From: Myxococcota bacterium
GTDB taxonomy: Bacteria; Myxococcota_A; UBA9160; UBA6930
Length of the DNA: 64,000 nucleotides
Assembly: GCA_965223705.1 (NCBI GenBank)
Contig: OZ245015.1
Location: 4,343,206 to 4,407,205, forward strand
Direction: 5' to 3'
Shown: positions 45,028-53,616 of the stretch, one piece after another
Position numbering within the stretch: the stretch's first letter is position 1
How the letters are laid out: the number at the start of each line of letters is the position of its first letter
Position numbers and translations under genes: made by a program
The notes under the pieces: generated by a model
The model's input: the letters and a program-made list of their open reading frames with translations, nothing else
Databases searched by the model: none
What the model was told of the DNA's origin: nothing

Positions 45028-47073
45028 TCACTCGACGCGACGTACCGCGGCCGCCTTCGCCACCATCTCGAGCAGCTCACTCGGCCGGAAGGGCTTGGGT
45101 AGGTAGCTGCAAGCGGGGATCGGCGTGGCGTCAGCTCCGCCGAGACGGTCCGGGTAGCCGGAGACCAGGACGACGGGCACGTCGGGTTGTTCCGCACGCA
45201 GGCGCCGCGTGAGTTCCACTCCGTTCATGCGCGGCATCACGATGTCGCTCACCAGCAGATCGATCGGTCCGACTTCGGCGAGACGCTCGAGCGCCTCGAC
45301 GCCGTCGCTCGCCTCGACGACGCGATAGCCCGCCGTGCGCAGCGCTTCGCCCGCGAGTTCGCGCACTCGGGTCTCGTCCTCGACCAGGAGAATCGTGAGT
45401 GTCGACACCGGCGAAGCGCGCGTCGGTACGCTTTCCGCCGGGGTCGACTGGGGTACCCGGTAGGGGAAATCGATCTCGAACGCGGTGCCGGCGCCCGGTG
45501 CGCTCTCCACCGTAATTTCCCCGCTCATCTGCCGCACAATGCCGAACACCGCGAACAAGCCGAGCCCACTTCCAGCGCCGGGGTCCTTGGTCGTGAAGAA
45601 CGGGTCGAAGGTTCGGCGCCTCACTTCTTCGTCCATCCCGACTCCGTCATCGCGGATTGTCAGAGTGACGCGCGGAGAGCTGGGGACGGCGGTCGCTCCG
45701 CGTCGGATACGCACGTCGATCTCGACCCGCCCGCCGTTCGGCATCGCGTCCCGGGCATTGAAGATCAGATTGAGGATGAGTTGCTCGATCTGGCCGTGGT
45801 CTCCGAGGATCCAGGCCGCTTCGTCGGGAACCGAGATCGCGACCTCGTTCTCACCGCCCATCAAACGCCGGAGCACATTCGACATGTCGAGCACTTCGCG
45901 GCCGAGGTCGATGGCCTGGGGATGCCCGACATGCTGTGCGCGAAACGCCAACATTTGCCGGATCAGCGTGCTCGCTCGCTCGGTGGCGGTCTGAATCTCC
46001 GCGGCTGCCCTTCGGGTCGACCCGACCTCGACGTCTCGGGTCCGCAACAGCTCGGCGTAGCCCGAAATCACGGTGAGGACGTTGTTGAAGTCATGAGCGA
46101 CTCCGGCCGCCAGCGTGCCAACCGCTTCCATCTTTTGGGAGTGCAGCAGTCGGTCGTGAAGGCGGCGAACTTCCGTGATGTCTTCGAGAGAGCCTGCGAT
46201 CCGAATGACTTCGCCGCGCTCGTCGCAAACCGGGAAGCTCCGAACGCGCACCACCTTCTCGCTGTCTGACGACGAGCAGATACGACACTCGAAATCTCGC
46301 GACGCCTCTGCGAGCGGGTCTGCAATGCTTCGCTCGACCGACGCGCGATCGTCGGGATGGACTTTTTCAATGAAGCGTTCCGCCCGGTAGTCCGCTTCCG
46401 ACGCGGTAATTCCCACAATCTGTTCGAGGGTGCGGTTCGCGTAGAGAAGCTTCTCGCCCGTGCCATCGGCGAGAAAAATTCCCGTGCTGAGATGGTCTGC
46501 GAGCTCGCGAAGCCGAGCATCATTCTCCTCGCGAAGCCGGCTCGCTTGGTTGCGTTCCGCGATGTCCTCGAAGACCGCCTGCCCGCCGACCAGTCGACCC
46601 CTCTTTCCGAGAGTCGGGGCGAGGTGCACCCGCATCTCTACGGGACGCCCCCAATACGTGGTCCACGCCGCCTCGAAACTCACGGGCCTGAGTTCTCTGC
46701 GCACGTAAAGAAGCGCTTCCCTCGCCGCCGGCTGCGAGAAAAGTTTCGAATCCTGGATGCCGACGCGAAGCGCGGCGCTGGCGCCCGGTGCGCCCATCAT
46801 CTCGAGCAGTGCGGGGTTCGCGTAGCAGGGGCGCAGCTCCTCATCGCAAAGTGCTACGCCGAGGGGCATCGCGTCGAGAACCTGGGGATCGACGAGTCCT
46901 CGGGTCGGACGGCTGTTGCTTCTGGAGGCGGCCACGACCGAAATCGCCGCCGCCGCGACAGCGGAGAAACTGAGCCAGAAAGCGCCCGCGACCGCCGCGA
47001 CAACGGCGGTCACGGCCAGCCCCGCAGCGGCTGCGCCGAACGGCCATCGACCGTACTGGTGGTGTTTCTCCAC
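45028..47073 (-). CDS. hybrid sensor histidine kinase/response regulator (TM, PAS x2, HisKA, HATPase_c, REC)
   Basis: Track ORF 45028..47271. H-box AHDFNNVLTVISGYAELL, N-box NLIFNARDAM, G-boxes DDGVGMD and GSGLGL, and REC with LLVSDIVMPRMNG. I propose the GTG at 47073 (VEKHHQYGRWPFG) just before the TM segment as the start, because a longer version would overlap the divergent XRE gene. Confidence 0.8.
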   Translation of the reverse strand: MEKHHQYGRWPFGAAAAGLAVTAVVAAVAGAFWLSFSAVAAAAISVVAASRSNSRPTRGLVDPQVLDAMPLGVALCDEELRPCYANPALLEMMGAPGASAALRVGIQDSKLFSQPAAREALLYVRRELRPVSFEAAWTTYWGRPVEMRVHLAPTLGKRGRLVGGQAVFEDIAERNQASRLREENDARLRELADHLSTGIFLADGTGEKLLYANRTLEQIVGITASEADYRAERFIEKVHPDDRASVERSIADPLAEASRDFECRICSSSDSEKVVRVRSFPVCDERGEVIRIAGSLEDITEVRRLHDRLLHSQKMEAVGTLAAGVAHDFNNVLTVISGYAELLRTRDVEVGSTRRAAAEIQTATERASTLIRQMLAFRAQHVGHPQAIDLGREVLDMSNVLRRLMGGENEVAISVPDEAAWILGDHGQIEQLILNLIFNARDAMPNGGRVEIDVRIRRGATAVPSSPRVTLTIRDDGVGMDEEVRRRTFDPFFTTKDPGAGSGLGLFAVFGIVRQMSGEITVESAPGAGTAFEIDFPYRVPQSTPAESVPTRASPVSTLTILLVEDETRVRELAGEALRTAGYRVVEASDGVEALERLAEVGPIDLLVSDIVMPRMNGVELTRRLRAEQPDVPVVLVSGYPDRLGGADATPIPACSYLPKPFRPSELLEMVAKAAAVRRVE

Positions 47074-47208
47074 GGCCCCCCCGCGTCGACGGGAGCATAG
47101 TGGTCGGTGATTCCGCCGGGTAGCGCCCCCCGGGGAAAAGAAATACTTCAGGAACCGAAATCCGGCGTCCGGCGCTACACTTCGCCGTCGAGTTGCAGGA
47201 GCCCCCAA

Positions 47209-47451
47209 GTGAATCGAATCCGCGCCGCACGGGAAGCCCGAGGCTGGAGCCAAGACCATTTGGCGCACCAAGCCGGTGTCGCGTCACGGACCATCCACTC
47301 GATCGAAAAGGGAAAGAACTGCCGCCAGGCGACCAAGCGGAAGATTCTCGCGGCGCTGGGCGTCGCCTGGGAGTTGCGAGACGAATACTTCCCCCGCCCG
47401 GTTCGCGTCGCCCCCCCGAGCGCTTCCGAGCGCACGGCGCGCTCGGCCTAA
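47209..47451 (+). CDS. XRE-family helix-turn-helix transcriptional regulator
   Basis: Track ORF 47107..47451. I moved the start to the GTG at 47209. The HTH_3 pattern is IRAAREARGWSQDHLAHQAGVASRTIHSIEKGKN. Confidence 0.7.
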   Translation: MNRIRAAREARGWSQDHLAHQAGVASRTIHSIEKGKNCRQATKRKILAALGVAWELRDEYFPRPVRVAPPSASERTARSA

Positions 47452-47501
47452 GCGCTCCGCTGGCGACGACGGTCCGCCTCGGGTATCACCGCCCTACTCG
47501 C

Positions 47502-47578
47502 GCGCCGGTAGCTCAGCTGGATAGAGCATCAGGCTTCGAACCTGAGGGTCGGGGGTTCGAATCCCTCCCGGCGTGCCA
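47502..47578 (+). tRNA. tRNA-Arg (anticodon TCG)
   Basis: Acceptor GCGCCGG/CCGGCGT (one G-T pair), D stem GCTC/GAGC, anticodon stem TCAGG/CCTGA, loop CTTCGAA, T arm GGGGG TTCGAAT CCCTC. CCA is encoded. Confidence 0.85.
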
Positions 47579-47607
47579 CGCAGATCCCACGTGACAACGA
47601 ACCCCCC

Positions 47608-48428
47608 TCACCGGAGGACCGATTTCTGGGTCCCGGCGCCCTTTGCGGCTTGCTTCCAAAAATCGAGCGAGCCGTGCTCGAGGAGCTCGCGACCGCACTC
47701 GGCGAGGGCTTCGTACGCGGCGAGGTAGAAGCCACTACCCACGGAAACCCGCGCGACTCCGAGGGCTGCGAGCTCTGGCACCTTCGGCGTGTTGGGAAGC
47801 ACGAGGACATTGAGCGGCGCCCCCGCTTCGCCCGCCGCTCGCTCGATTTCGGCCGGATCCGAGAGACCCGGCGCATACACGACGTCGGCGCCGGCCTTCG
47901 CGTACGCAACCAATCGGGTCAGCGTGTCATCGAAGGACGTGCGCCCGTGCAGGTAGTTCTCGGTCCGGGCGGTCAAGATGATCCGGTGCTCGGCGTCCCG
48001 GGCCGTCGCCGCGGCGGCGGCAATGCGCTCCACCGCGAGATCGATCGGGTATCTCCAATCGGGTCGTCGGCTCGACCGGAATAGTCCTCGACCGAGCAAC
48101 CGGCGAGGCCGGTCGCTGCAGCGAGGCGGACGTTCGCAGCCACTTCCTCCGGCGCGTCGGCGAAGCCATTCTCGAAATCCGCGTTGACAGGCAACGGTGT
48201 CGCCTCCACCAGCTCCGCCGCGTGGGCGAGCACTTCGTCGCGGCTCAAGCCGTAGTCCGAACGGCCGAGGCTACCCGCGTAGCCCGCGCTGGTGGTCGCA
48301 AGAGCCCGATACCCGAGCGATGCCAAGAGTTTGGCACTTCCAGGATCCCAAGGATTCGGCATGAGTAGCGGATCGCCTGGGCGATGAAGTTCGAGAAAAG
48401 CCGCCGCGCGGTTCTTCGCTTCGGTCAT
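47608..48428 (-). pseudogene. isocitrate lyase/PEP mutase superfamily gene (2-methylisocitrate-lyase-like) split by a frameshift near 48050-48058
   Basis: ORF 47973..48428 encodes the N-terminal half (PNPWDPGSAKLLASLGYRALATTSAGYA...VNADFENGFA...GCSVEDYSGRADDP). ORF 47608..48099, in another frame, continues the family (YPIDLAVERIAAAA...IILTARTENYL...AYAKAGADVVYAPG). The homologous text switches frame between codons at 48057 and 48051. Confidence 0.7.
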
Positions 48429-50509
48429 GGGTTGAGCTTCTCGGATGCGTCCTTCTCGTCGTGATCGGGGGCCGGGGATCCGGCCGTTCCATCGAGCAGC
48501 GCGCGGATTCGCTGCGCCAGCTCCGAGGCGGTAAATGGCTTTGCCAAGAACCCGGTGTCCGGACGGTCGATTGAGGTAGGCCAGAGAGCCTCTCCGTCGT
48601 GCCCCGAAACGAACAACACCGGGAGGTCATTCCGGATATCGCGAACCGCCGACGCCAGCTGAGGGCCCGACATCGCAGGGAGGGCGACGTCGGTGAGCAG
48701 AAGATCCACCGCGTCGGGCGCGTCGCTGAAGGATTCGAGAGCCGGCTCCGCGGCGTCTTCAAAAAGCGACTTGTATCCCAAGTCGGCCAGACGCTGGACC
48801 AGGAGATCGCGAACGGTGCGATCGTCTTCCACGAGCAAGATCGTCTCGCCGGAACCGCGCGGGACCGCGGTATCCACCGCTCGGACGACCGAGGTAGCGG
48901 CGTCGAGCTGCCTGGGAAGGTAAACCTCGACGACGGTGCCCTCGCCCTTTGCCGTTCGAAGCGCGACCGCCCCGTGGCTCTGCTCGACGATTCCGTACAC
49001 CGACGCCAAGCCGAGACCGTTCCCACCCCGGTCGCGCTTGGTCGTGAAGAAGGGTTCGAAAGCTCGGGCTTTCGTAGTCTCGTCCATCCCGATTCCGTCG
49101 TCGGCGACCTCAAGGCAGACGTAGTCCCCAGGCGGGATCCCCAGACTGGCTCCCCGATCCGCGTCCACCGGTGCATTGCGACAAGACAGATGAATCGAGC
49201 CGCCGGATTGGGTGGCGTCGCGGGCGTTGGCAACGAGGTTCAAGACAATTTGTTCGAGCTGACTGATATCGACCTCGATGGTTCCGAGCTCGTCTTCTGG
49301 CTGGGTGATGGTCAGGCGGCGGTTCCCGAGCGCCGCCAGCATCGACTCGCGTTCGGCGAGAAACACGTCGAGGCGTACCGGGGTGAGTTCTCGCGACTGC
49401 TGCTGTCCGAACTCGAGGAGGCGATTGGTGAGATCCCGAGCGCTATCTACCGCACGCCGAATCTCGGCACTCGCCCGGGGATTCATCGGCGCCTCGGCGT
49501 AGCTGCCGATCACGGTCAGGAGGTTGTTGAAATCGTGGGCCATGCCCCCGGCGAGCGTCCCCAAGCTCTTGAGGCGCTGGGCGTCGATCAGCTGATTGCG
49601 CTCGTTCTTCTCGCGCGTAATGTCGCGCAGCCCGACCGCCCGCCGGAATCCGCCGCTCGCACTCTCGTAGGCCCGAAACAAATTCGCTTCGACCCAAACC
49701 CAGTGGCCATTGCGATGGCGAATGCGAAATTCGGTGCGCGCGCTGTCCTCCGCTTCGTAGGCCGCGCGAACGAGGCGCCCGATAGAGGGAAGATCGTCCG
49801 GGTGCAGGAACTCGCGGGCTCGCCAGTTACGCTGGGCGAGTTCCTCGGGCGCGTAACCCGCCAGCTCACCGACGTTGGGGCTCGAGTGGGTCATCGCGTC
49901 CAACGGATCGCCCCGGGTGGCTTTGAACTCGAGAATGTGAAGCGGACCCTCGGCAATGCTCTGGAACCGCTTTCGGTGGTCCGCCAGTGCTTCGCGCTCG
50001 GCGAGCATAAACGTCTCGGCCGCGAGGAGAGCGATGCATTGGCACCCGACGATCGCGATGGGAGCCAAGTGCTCCGCGACCGACAGGTTCGCCAACCCTT
50101 CAGATCCGGCGACGAGAGCGAGGGCGATCAGTGCCATGACGGTCCACCGAAGCACACCGCCCGGAGCCGACAGCAGGAGGGCCGCCACGGGAACCATCAC
50201 CAACACGTAAAGCGACGGCTGACCGGTGGCGACATTGTGACCGGTCACAATCACGGTAAATGCGGCCAGAAAGAGCGTCGTCGCGCGATCCAGCGGGAGG
50301 AACCAAAAGCAGACGACGAGCGGGACCAAGGCGAGCCGCATCAAGAAGCTGGGGAGAGCGTCTTCGGGCTGGACGATGAGCGGCGCGAGAAGCACGGAGC
50401 TCAAGACCCAGACGCCGAATGCCACGAACAGCGTCCGTGCGCGCCGCTGCTCATCGGGGTCGGCGGTCCGATGAGCCCGCGGCAGGAGGCGATCAATCCA
50501 GGCGACCAT
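48425..50509 (-). CDS. hybrid sensor histidine kinase/response regulator (polytopic N-terminal membrane domain, PAS, HisKA, HATPase_c, REC)
   Basis: 694 aa with about six N-terminal TM helices. H-box AHDFNNLLTVIGSYAE, N-box NLVANARDAT, G-boxes DDGIGMD and GNGLGL, and REC with DLLLTDVALPAMSG. Confidence 0.85.
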   Translation of the reverse strand: MVAWIDRLLPRAHRTADPDEQRRARTLFVAFGVWVLSSVLLAPLIVQPEDALPSFLMRLALVPLVVCFWFLPLDRATTLFLAAFTVIVTGHNVATGQPSLYVLVMVPVAALLLSAPGGVLRWTVMALIALALVAGSEGLANLSVAEHLAPIAIVGCQCIALLAAETFMLAEREALADHRKRFQSIAEGPLHILEFKATRGDPLDAMTHSSPNVGELAGYAPEELAQRNWRAREFLHPDDLPSIGRLVRAAYEAEDSARTEFRIRHRNGHWVWVEANLFRAYESASGGFRRAVGLRDITREKNERNQLIDAQRLKSLGTLAGGMAHDFNNLLTVIGSYAEAPMNPRASAEIRRAVDSARDLTNRLLEFGQQQSRELTPVRLDVFLAERESMLAALGNRRLTITQPEDELGTIEVDISQLEQIVLNLVANARDATQSGGSIHLSCRNAPVDADRGASLGIPPGDYVCLEVADDGIGMDETTKARAFEPFFTTKRDRGGNGLGLASVYGIVEQSHGAVALRTAKGEGTVVEVYLPRQLDAATSVVRAVDTAVPRGSGETILLVEDDRTVRDLLVQRLADLGYKSLFEDAAEPALESFSDAPDAVDLLLTDVALPAMSGPQLASAVRDIRNDLPVLFVSGHDGEALWPTSIDRPDTGFLAKPFTASELAQRIRALLDGTAGSPAPDHDEKDASEKLNP

Positions 50510-50513
50510 ACCG

Positions 50514-51359
50514 TTAGATTAGCTCGTCGCCGTGGCTGCCCGCGGTGCCGCGAAAGACACCCCGTGCGGGCAGGGCGAGGATCTCGAAGGTATTCAAGGA
50601 GCGACCAATGCCGGGAAGTCCCGTATCGATGCGAGAGACCGACGTGCTCTCGCCGAAAGAGCCAAGCCAGCGGTCCCAGATCGAGAAAATGGTGCCGTAG
50701 TTCGTATTCAGCAGCAGATTCTCACGGCTGTGGTGCCGACGGTGAAGCGCGGGCGTCACAATCATACGCGAGAGAATCCGTTCGAGCCTTGCGGGCAGGT
50801 TGATGTTTCCATGCTCCCAAAGGTTGGCCAGGCCGAAGAGCAACTCGAAGGCCAAGATTCCTGAAACGGGAGCGCCGAGGGCCGCGACGGCAAAGAGGCG
50901 CAGAGGAAGCGCAAGCAAGAGCTCGCCTGGGTGGAAGCGAAGGGCCGTCGTGACGGTGTAAGCCGGGTCCGAATGGTGCGCTTGGTGAAAGCGCCACAAC
51001 AACGTCACTTGGTGGTTGGCCCGATGCCAGGCGTACGAAACAAAGTCGATGCCGACGATTGTGACCACTACCCCGAGCCAGGAAGGCGCGGCGCCTTGAT
51101 TGAGGAGACCGAAGCCCGCACGGCTTGCCCAGTCTGACGCGGCGCAGGCGCATCCCGCGCAAACGGCTCCAAGAATGATCGTGTTAAGGGCCCCCAATCC
51201 ACCGTTTGCTCGCCAGCTGCCGAGGAGCACGCGGTGCGGTCGCATGTGTTGCAAGCCCACTGCCGACGCAAATGCGAACCCGAGACCAATCGACTTCGCG
51301 ATCTGGTACTCCGCCTCGGTCATAGGCGGCTTAGGGTACTCGATTTCGTGTAGGATCAA
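50514..51359 (-). CDS. sterol desaturase / fatty-acid hydroxylase superfamily membrane di-iron enzyme
   Basis: 281 aa with three His boxes (HRANH, HQAHH, HRRHH) in the canonical order between TM segments. Confidence 0.8.
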   Translation of the reverse strand: MILHEIEYPKPPMTEAEYQIAKSIGLGFAFASAVGLQHMRPHRVLLGSWRANGGLGALNTIILGAVCAGCACAASDWASRAGFGLLNQGAAPSWLGVVVTIVGIDFVSYAWHRANHQVTLLWRFHQAHHSDPAYTVTTALRFHPGELLLALPLRLFAVAALGAPVSGILAFELLFGLANLWEHGNINLPARLERILSRMIVTPALHRRHHSRENLLLNTNYGTIFSIWDRWLGSFGESTSVSRIDTGLPGIGRSLNTFEILALPARGVFRGTAGSHGDELI

Positions 51360-51367
51360 TCAGCCGG

Positions 51368-53023
51368 CTAGCAGCACCCCGAGGAGCACGATGCCGCGCT
51401 CGGTCGGTACGAGCGCTCGGACACTCCGGAAGAGCCGCCCAACTCGCTCGCCGTCGGAGCGCTTGCTGTCGCAGTGCTCGCGCGCTTTCCGTGGCCCGCC
51501 GTCTCGACGCCTCGCGTCGCGATGTGGAAGTCACTGTCGCCGACCGAAAAGTCGATTTCGATAGCGTCATCGCCTACCGAACGCCAACGGGGGTAGGGTT
51601 CATCCTCACAGAAAACCCGAACGTTACGAGCCGACGCCAGCTGAGTCACGCGGAACGAGGAATCGCTTCCGCGTTTTGAAGGCGTCGCCGCATACGTGGT
51701 CACGTGAAGCTCGCCAGTCTCGTGTTCGTTCCACGCGCGAGAAATACCGACGGTCGGATAGTCGACTCCCTCGAGCGTGGGCTCCTGGAACCGACGCGCA
51801 TGGTCTGGATTGTTGAAGACCCGCCGCCAGGAGCCCGGTTCGCCCGCTTCACTGAGCATCAGAAGAGAAGCGAGCTGTCCGCGGGGCCAGTCTTCTCCCG
51901 TTCCGAACCAGTACCCGAAGCGGGAATTGTCCTCCCCGAACTGACGCGGTTCCGAAATTCGATCGATGCACTCGGCCAAGCGTTTCTCAGTGGTGTCGTC
52001 GCCCACTTCTCGTGCGACAAGATGGCCGATTACCAGCAAGCGCGGGTCGAGCGATGCGAGCACCGGCTTGGCCGGATCACTCCAACCCACCAAGCGCGCG
52101 CCTTCTCGGTACAGAAACTCACCGAACTCCGGGTGTTGCGGCAACACGTAGGGTGTGATCAGCAAAGCGGCGAGCCCGGAGGCCTGCCCTGGGAACTGGC
52201 AGAGAACTTCTTCGAGGGGGTCGTAGTAGAGCGGAAAAGAAGCGAGCCCACCCTTCGAATCGAGCTTCAGGTAATGCGCCTTTGCGAACTCGACCCAATC
52301 GTCGTAGACACCGTGGAAAGCATTGCCCGAAACCTGATCGTAGAGTTTGAGACCCAACCCGGCCGACGAGACACAGGCGGGCCAGATCTTCGTGTTCTCG
52401 CAGTGCGGCCCCTGCGGTCGATCCTTCCACTGCGCGTTCAAGAACTCGGCGATCCGATAGTGCGTCCACTCGAAGGTCTGCTCGCGATAACCGGCGACCC
52501 GAAACGGCGCTTCCCATTTTTCATCGCCCGCGACGTAGCGGTAGATCGACAACAGCAGGTTGAACCAACCGCGAAAGAACAGGTTTCCGTCGGAGCCGAT
52601 GGGGTCGGGCTGAAGCCCCCACGGTTCGACGCCGTTGCCCGTCCAGCCGGGCGGGTCGTACCGGCCCTGCAAGTGCGGGGGTAGGTACGCCAACCACTCC
52701 GGCGGGTAGTCGGCTTGATGCGGGTCGTGACCGATCAACGTGAGCCAATCAACGGCGGCCCAGAAACTCGTGTGCCGGCCGACCAGCTCGTCGGCGATTC
52801 GGGTGTACACCTCGCGCCACGCGGGCGTTCGATCGGCGAGGACGGGAAGGATGTAGCTCGTCTCCGCGAGATCGAAGCGCGGGAAGCTGCACATCGGCGC
52901 CGTGCTCGTCTGATCCCACCAAGGATGAGGCGAACCCTCGGTCGACCAATCGTCTTCCGTTGTCGCTTTGTCCCATAGAAAGCGGAGCCAGCCCTGAACG
53001 CGAGGCGCGATCGCTTCGACCAT
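51368..53023 (-). CDS. linalool dehydratase/isomerase-like (alpha/alpha)6-barrel domain protein with C-terminal extension
   Basis: Track ORF 51368..53101. I moved the start to the ATG at 53023 (MVEAIAPRV), a 1-nt overlap with the upstream stop. The core resembles Castellaniella Ldi as I recall it: DPIGSDGNLFFRGWFNLLLSIYRYVAGDEKWE and CENTKIWPACVSSAGLGLKLYD (a C-x8-C pair). The family call is from memory and needs an HMM check. Confidence 0.55.
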   Translation of the reverse strand: MVEAIAPRVQGWLRFLWDKATTEDDWSTEGSPHPWWDQTSTAPMCSFPRFDLAETSYILPVLADRTPAWREVYTRIADELVGRHTSFWAAVDWLTLIGHDPHQADYPPEWLAYLPPHLQGRYDPPGWTGNGVEPWGLQPDPIGSDGNLFFRGWFNLLLSIYRYVAGDEKWEAPFRVAGYREQTFEWTHYRIAEFLNAQWKDRPQGPHCENTKIWPACVSSAGLGLKLYDQVSGNAFHGVYDDWVEFAKAHYLKLDSKGGLASFPLYYDPLEEVLCQFPGQASGLAALLITPYVLPQHPEFGEFLYREGARLVGWSDPAKPVLASLDPRLLVIGHLVAREVGDDTTEKRLAECIDRISEPRQFGEDNSRFGYWFGTGEDWPRGQLASLLMLSEAGEPGSWRRVFNNPDHARRFQEPTLEGVDYPTVGISRAWNEHETGELHVTTYAATPSKRGSDSSFRVTQLASARNVRVFCEDEPYPRWRSVGDDAIEIDFSVGDSDFHIATRGVETAGHGKRASTATASAPTASELGGSSGVSERSYRPSAASCSSGCC

Positions 53024-53583
53024 CAATACTCCGGTGCCCGCTGACCCGCGGCGACCCGAATCAACAAGAGCTTCGCTCGTTGCCGAGCCGCCGCCGACCA
53101 ATTCGGATCGAGATCCGCCGCTGCCGCTTCTCGCGTGATCGACCGCGCAGCTTCGATGTCGTCACGCGGCCGGACGTACGCGCCGGGAAAGCGATCCGGC
53201 TGCCGACGAAGCCGGGCCAACGGATTGGCCGCATCGATTCTCCCGAGGAACCACACGAAGAGCATCAGGTTGCCGTCGAGCCGGGCTGCTTTTCGCGACA
53301 TCCCGTCGAGCAAGCGCTCGATGCCCTTCGAGGAGAGAAGAACCGCGAGCGCGTCGGAAGACGTTTTGAACCAGAGCCGCAAATCGGAATCGGAAGCGGC
53401 CCCCGACTCCGACACCATGGCCCGCGACACACTGCGGAACTGGCGAGCCACGCCGTCGTCTGTCTCGATCGTCACAGTCCGATCGGCGGAGAGCGCCGCG
53501 CGAAACGCGGGGCGGCTGCGACTCGCGTGCGTCAACAGCGCCCCGAGGGCGAAGAGCAGCGATCTGAGGACGAGACGGGCCAT
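53023..53583 (-). CDS. SCP2-like (sterol/lipid carrier) domain protein
   Basis: 186 aa. The pattern RTVTIETDDGVARQF...SDSDLRLWFKTSSDALAVLLSSKGIERLLDGMSRKAARLDGNLMLFVWFLGRI resembles an SCP2 fold (a target stretch followed by G-x-L-x-x-G-D/N). Confidence is moderate only. Confidence 0.45.
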   Translation of the reverse strand: MARLVLRSLLFALGALLTHASRSRPAFRAALSADRTVTIETDDGVARQFRSVSRAMVSESGAASDSDLRLWFKTSSDALAVLLSSKGIERLLDGMSRKAARLDGNLMLFVWFLGRIDAANPLARLRRQPDRFPGAYVRPRDDIEAARSITREAAAADLDPNWSAAARQRAKLLLIRVAAGQRAPEY

Positions 53584-53616
53584 ACCGTATGTTGACAGAG
53601 GCGCCGTCGGTGCGCC

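Noticed and set aside
44775-45197. 140-aa ORF containing GRVKPRLCPSP repeated four times
   Set aside because: The peptide repeat is just the translation of the 33-bp DNA tandem repeat. The ORF also runs antisense through tRNA-His, so it is not a gene.
44687-47578. Possible tRNA-flanked genomic island or integrative element
   Set aside because: There is no integrase, transposase or direct repeat of a tRNA 3' end. The content (a hybrid kinase and an XRE regulator) and the apparent composition look native.
44687-47578. Whether any of the three tRNAs is tRNA-Sec (selC)
   Set aside because: All three fold as standard 7-bp-acceptor, short-variable-arm tRNAs with anticodons TCT, GTG and TCG. None has a TCA anticodon or a long variable arm.
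48599-50803. 734-aa ORF on the plus strand
   Set aside because: It is antisense to the hybrid histidine kinase and the hydroxylase gene, both of which have clear motifs. Its composition is low-complexity and Arg-rich.
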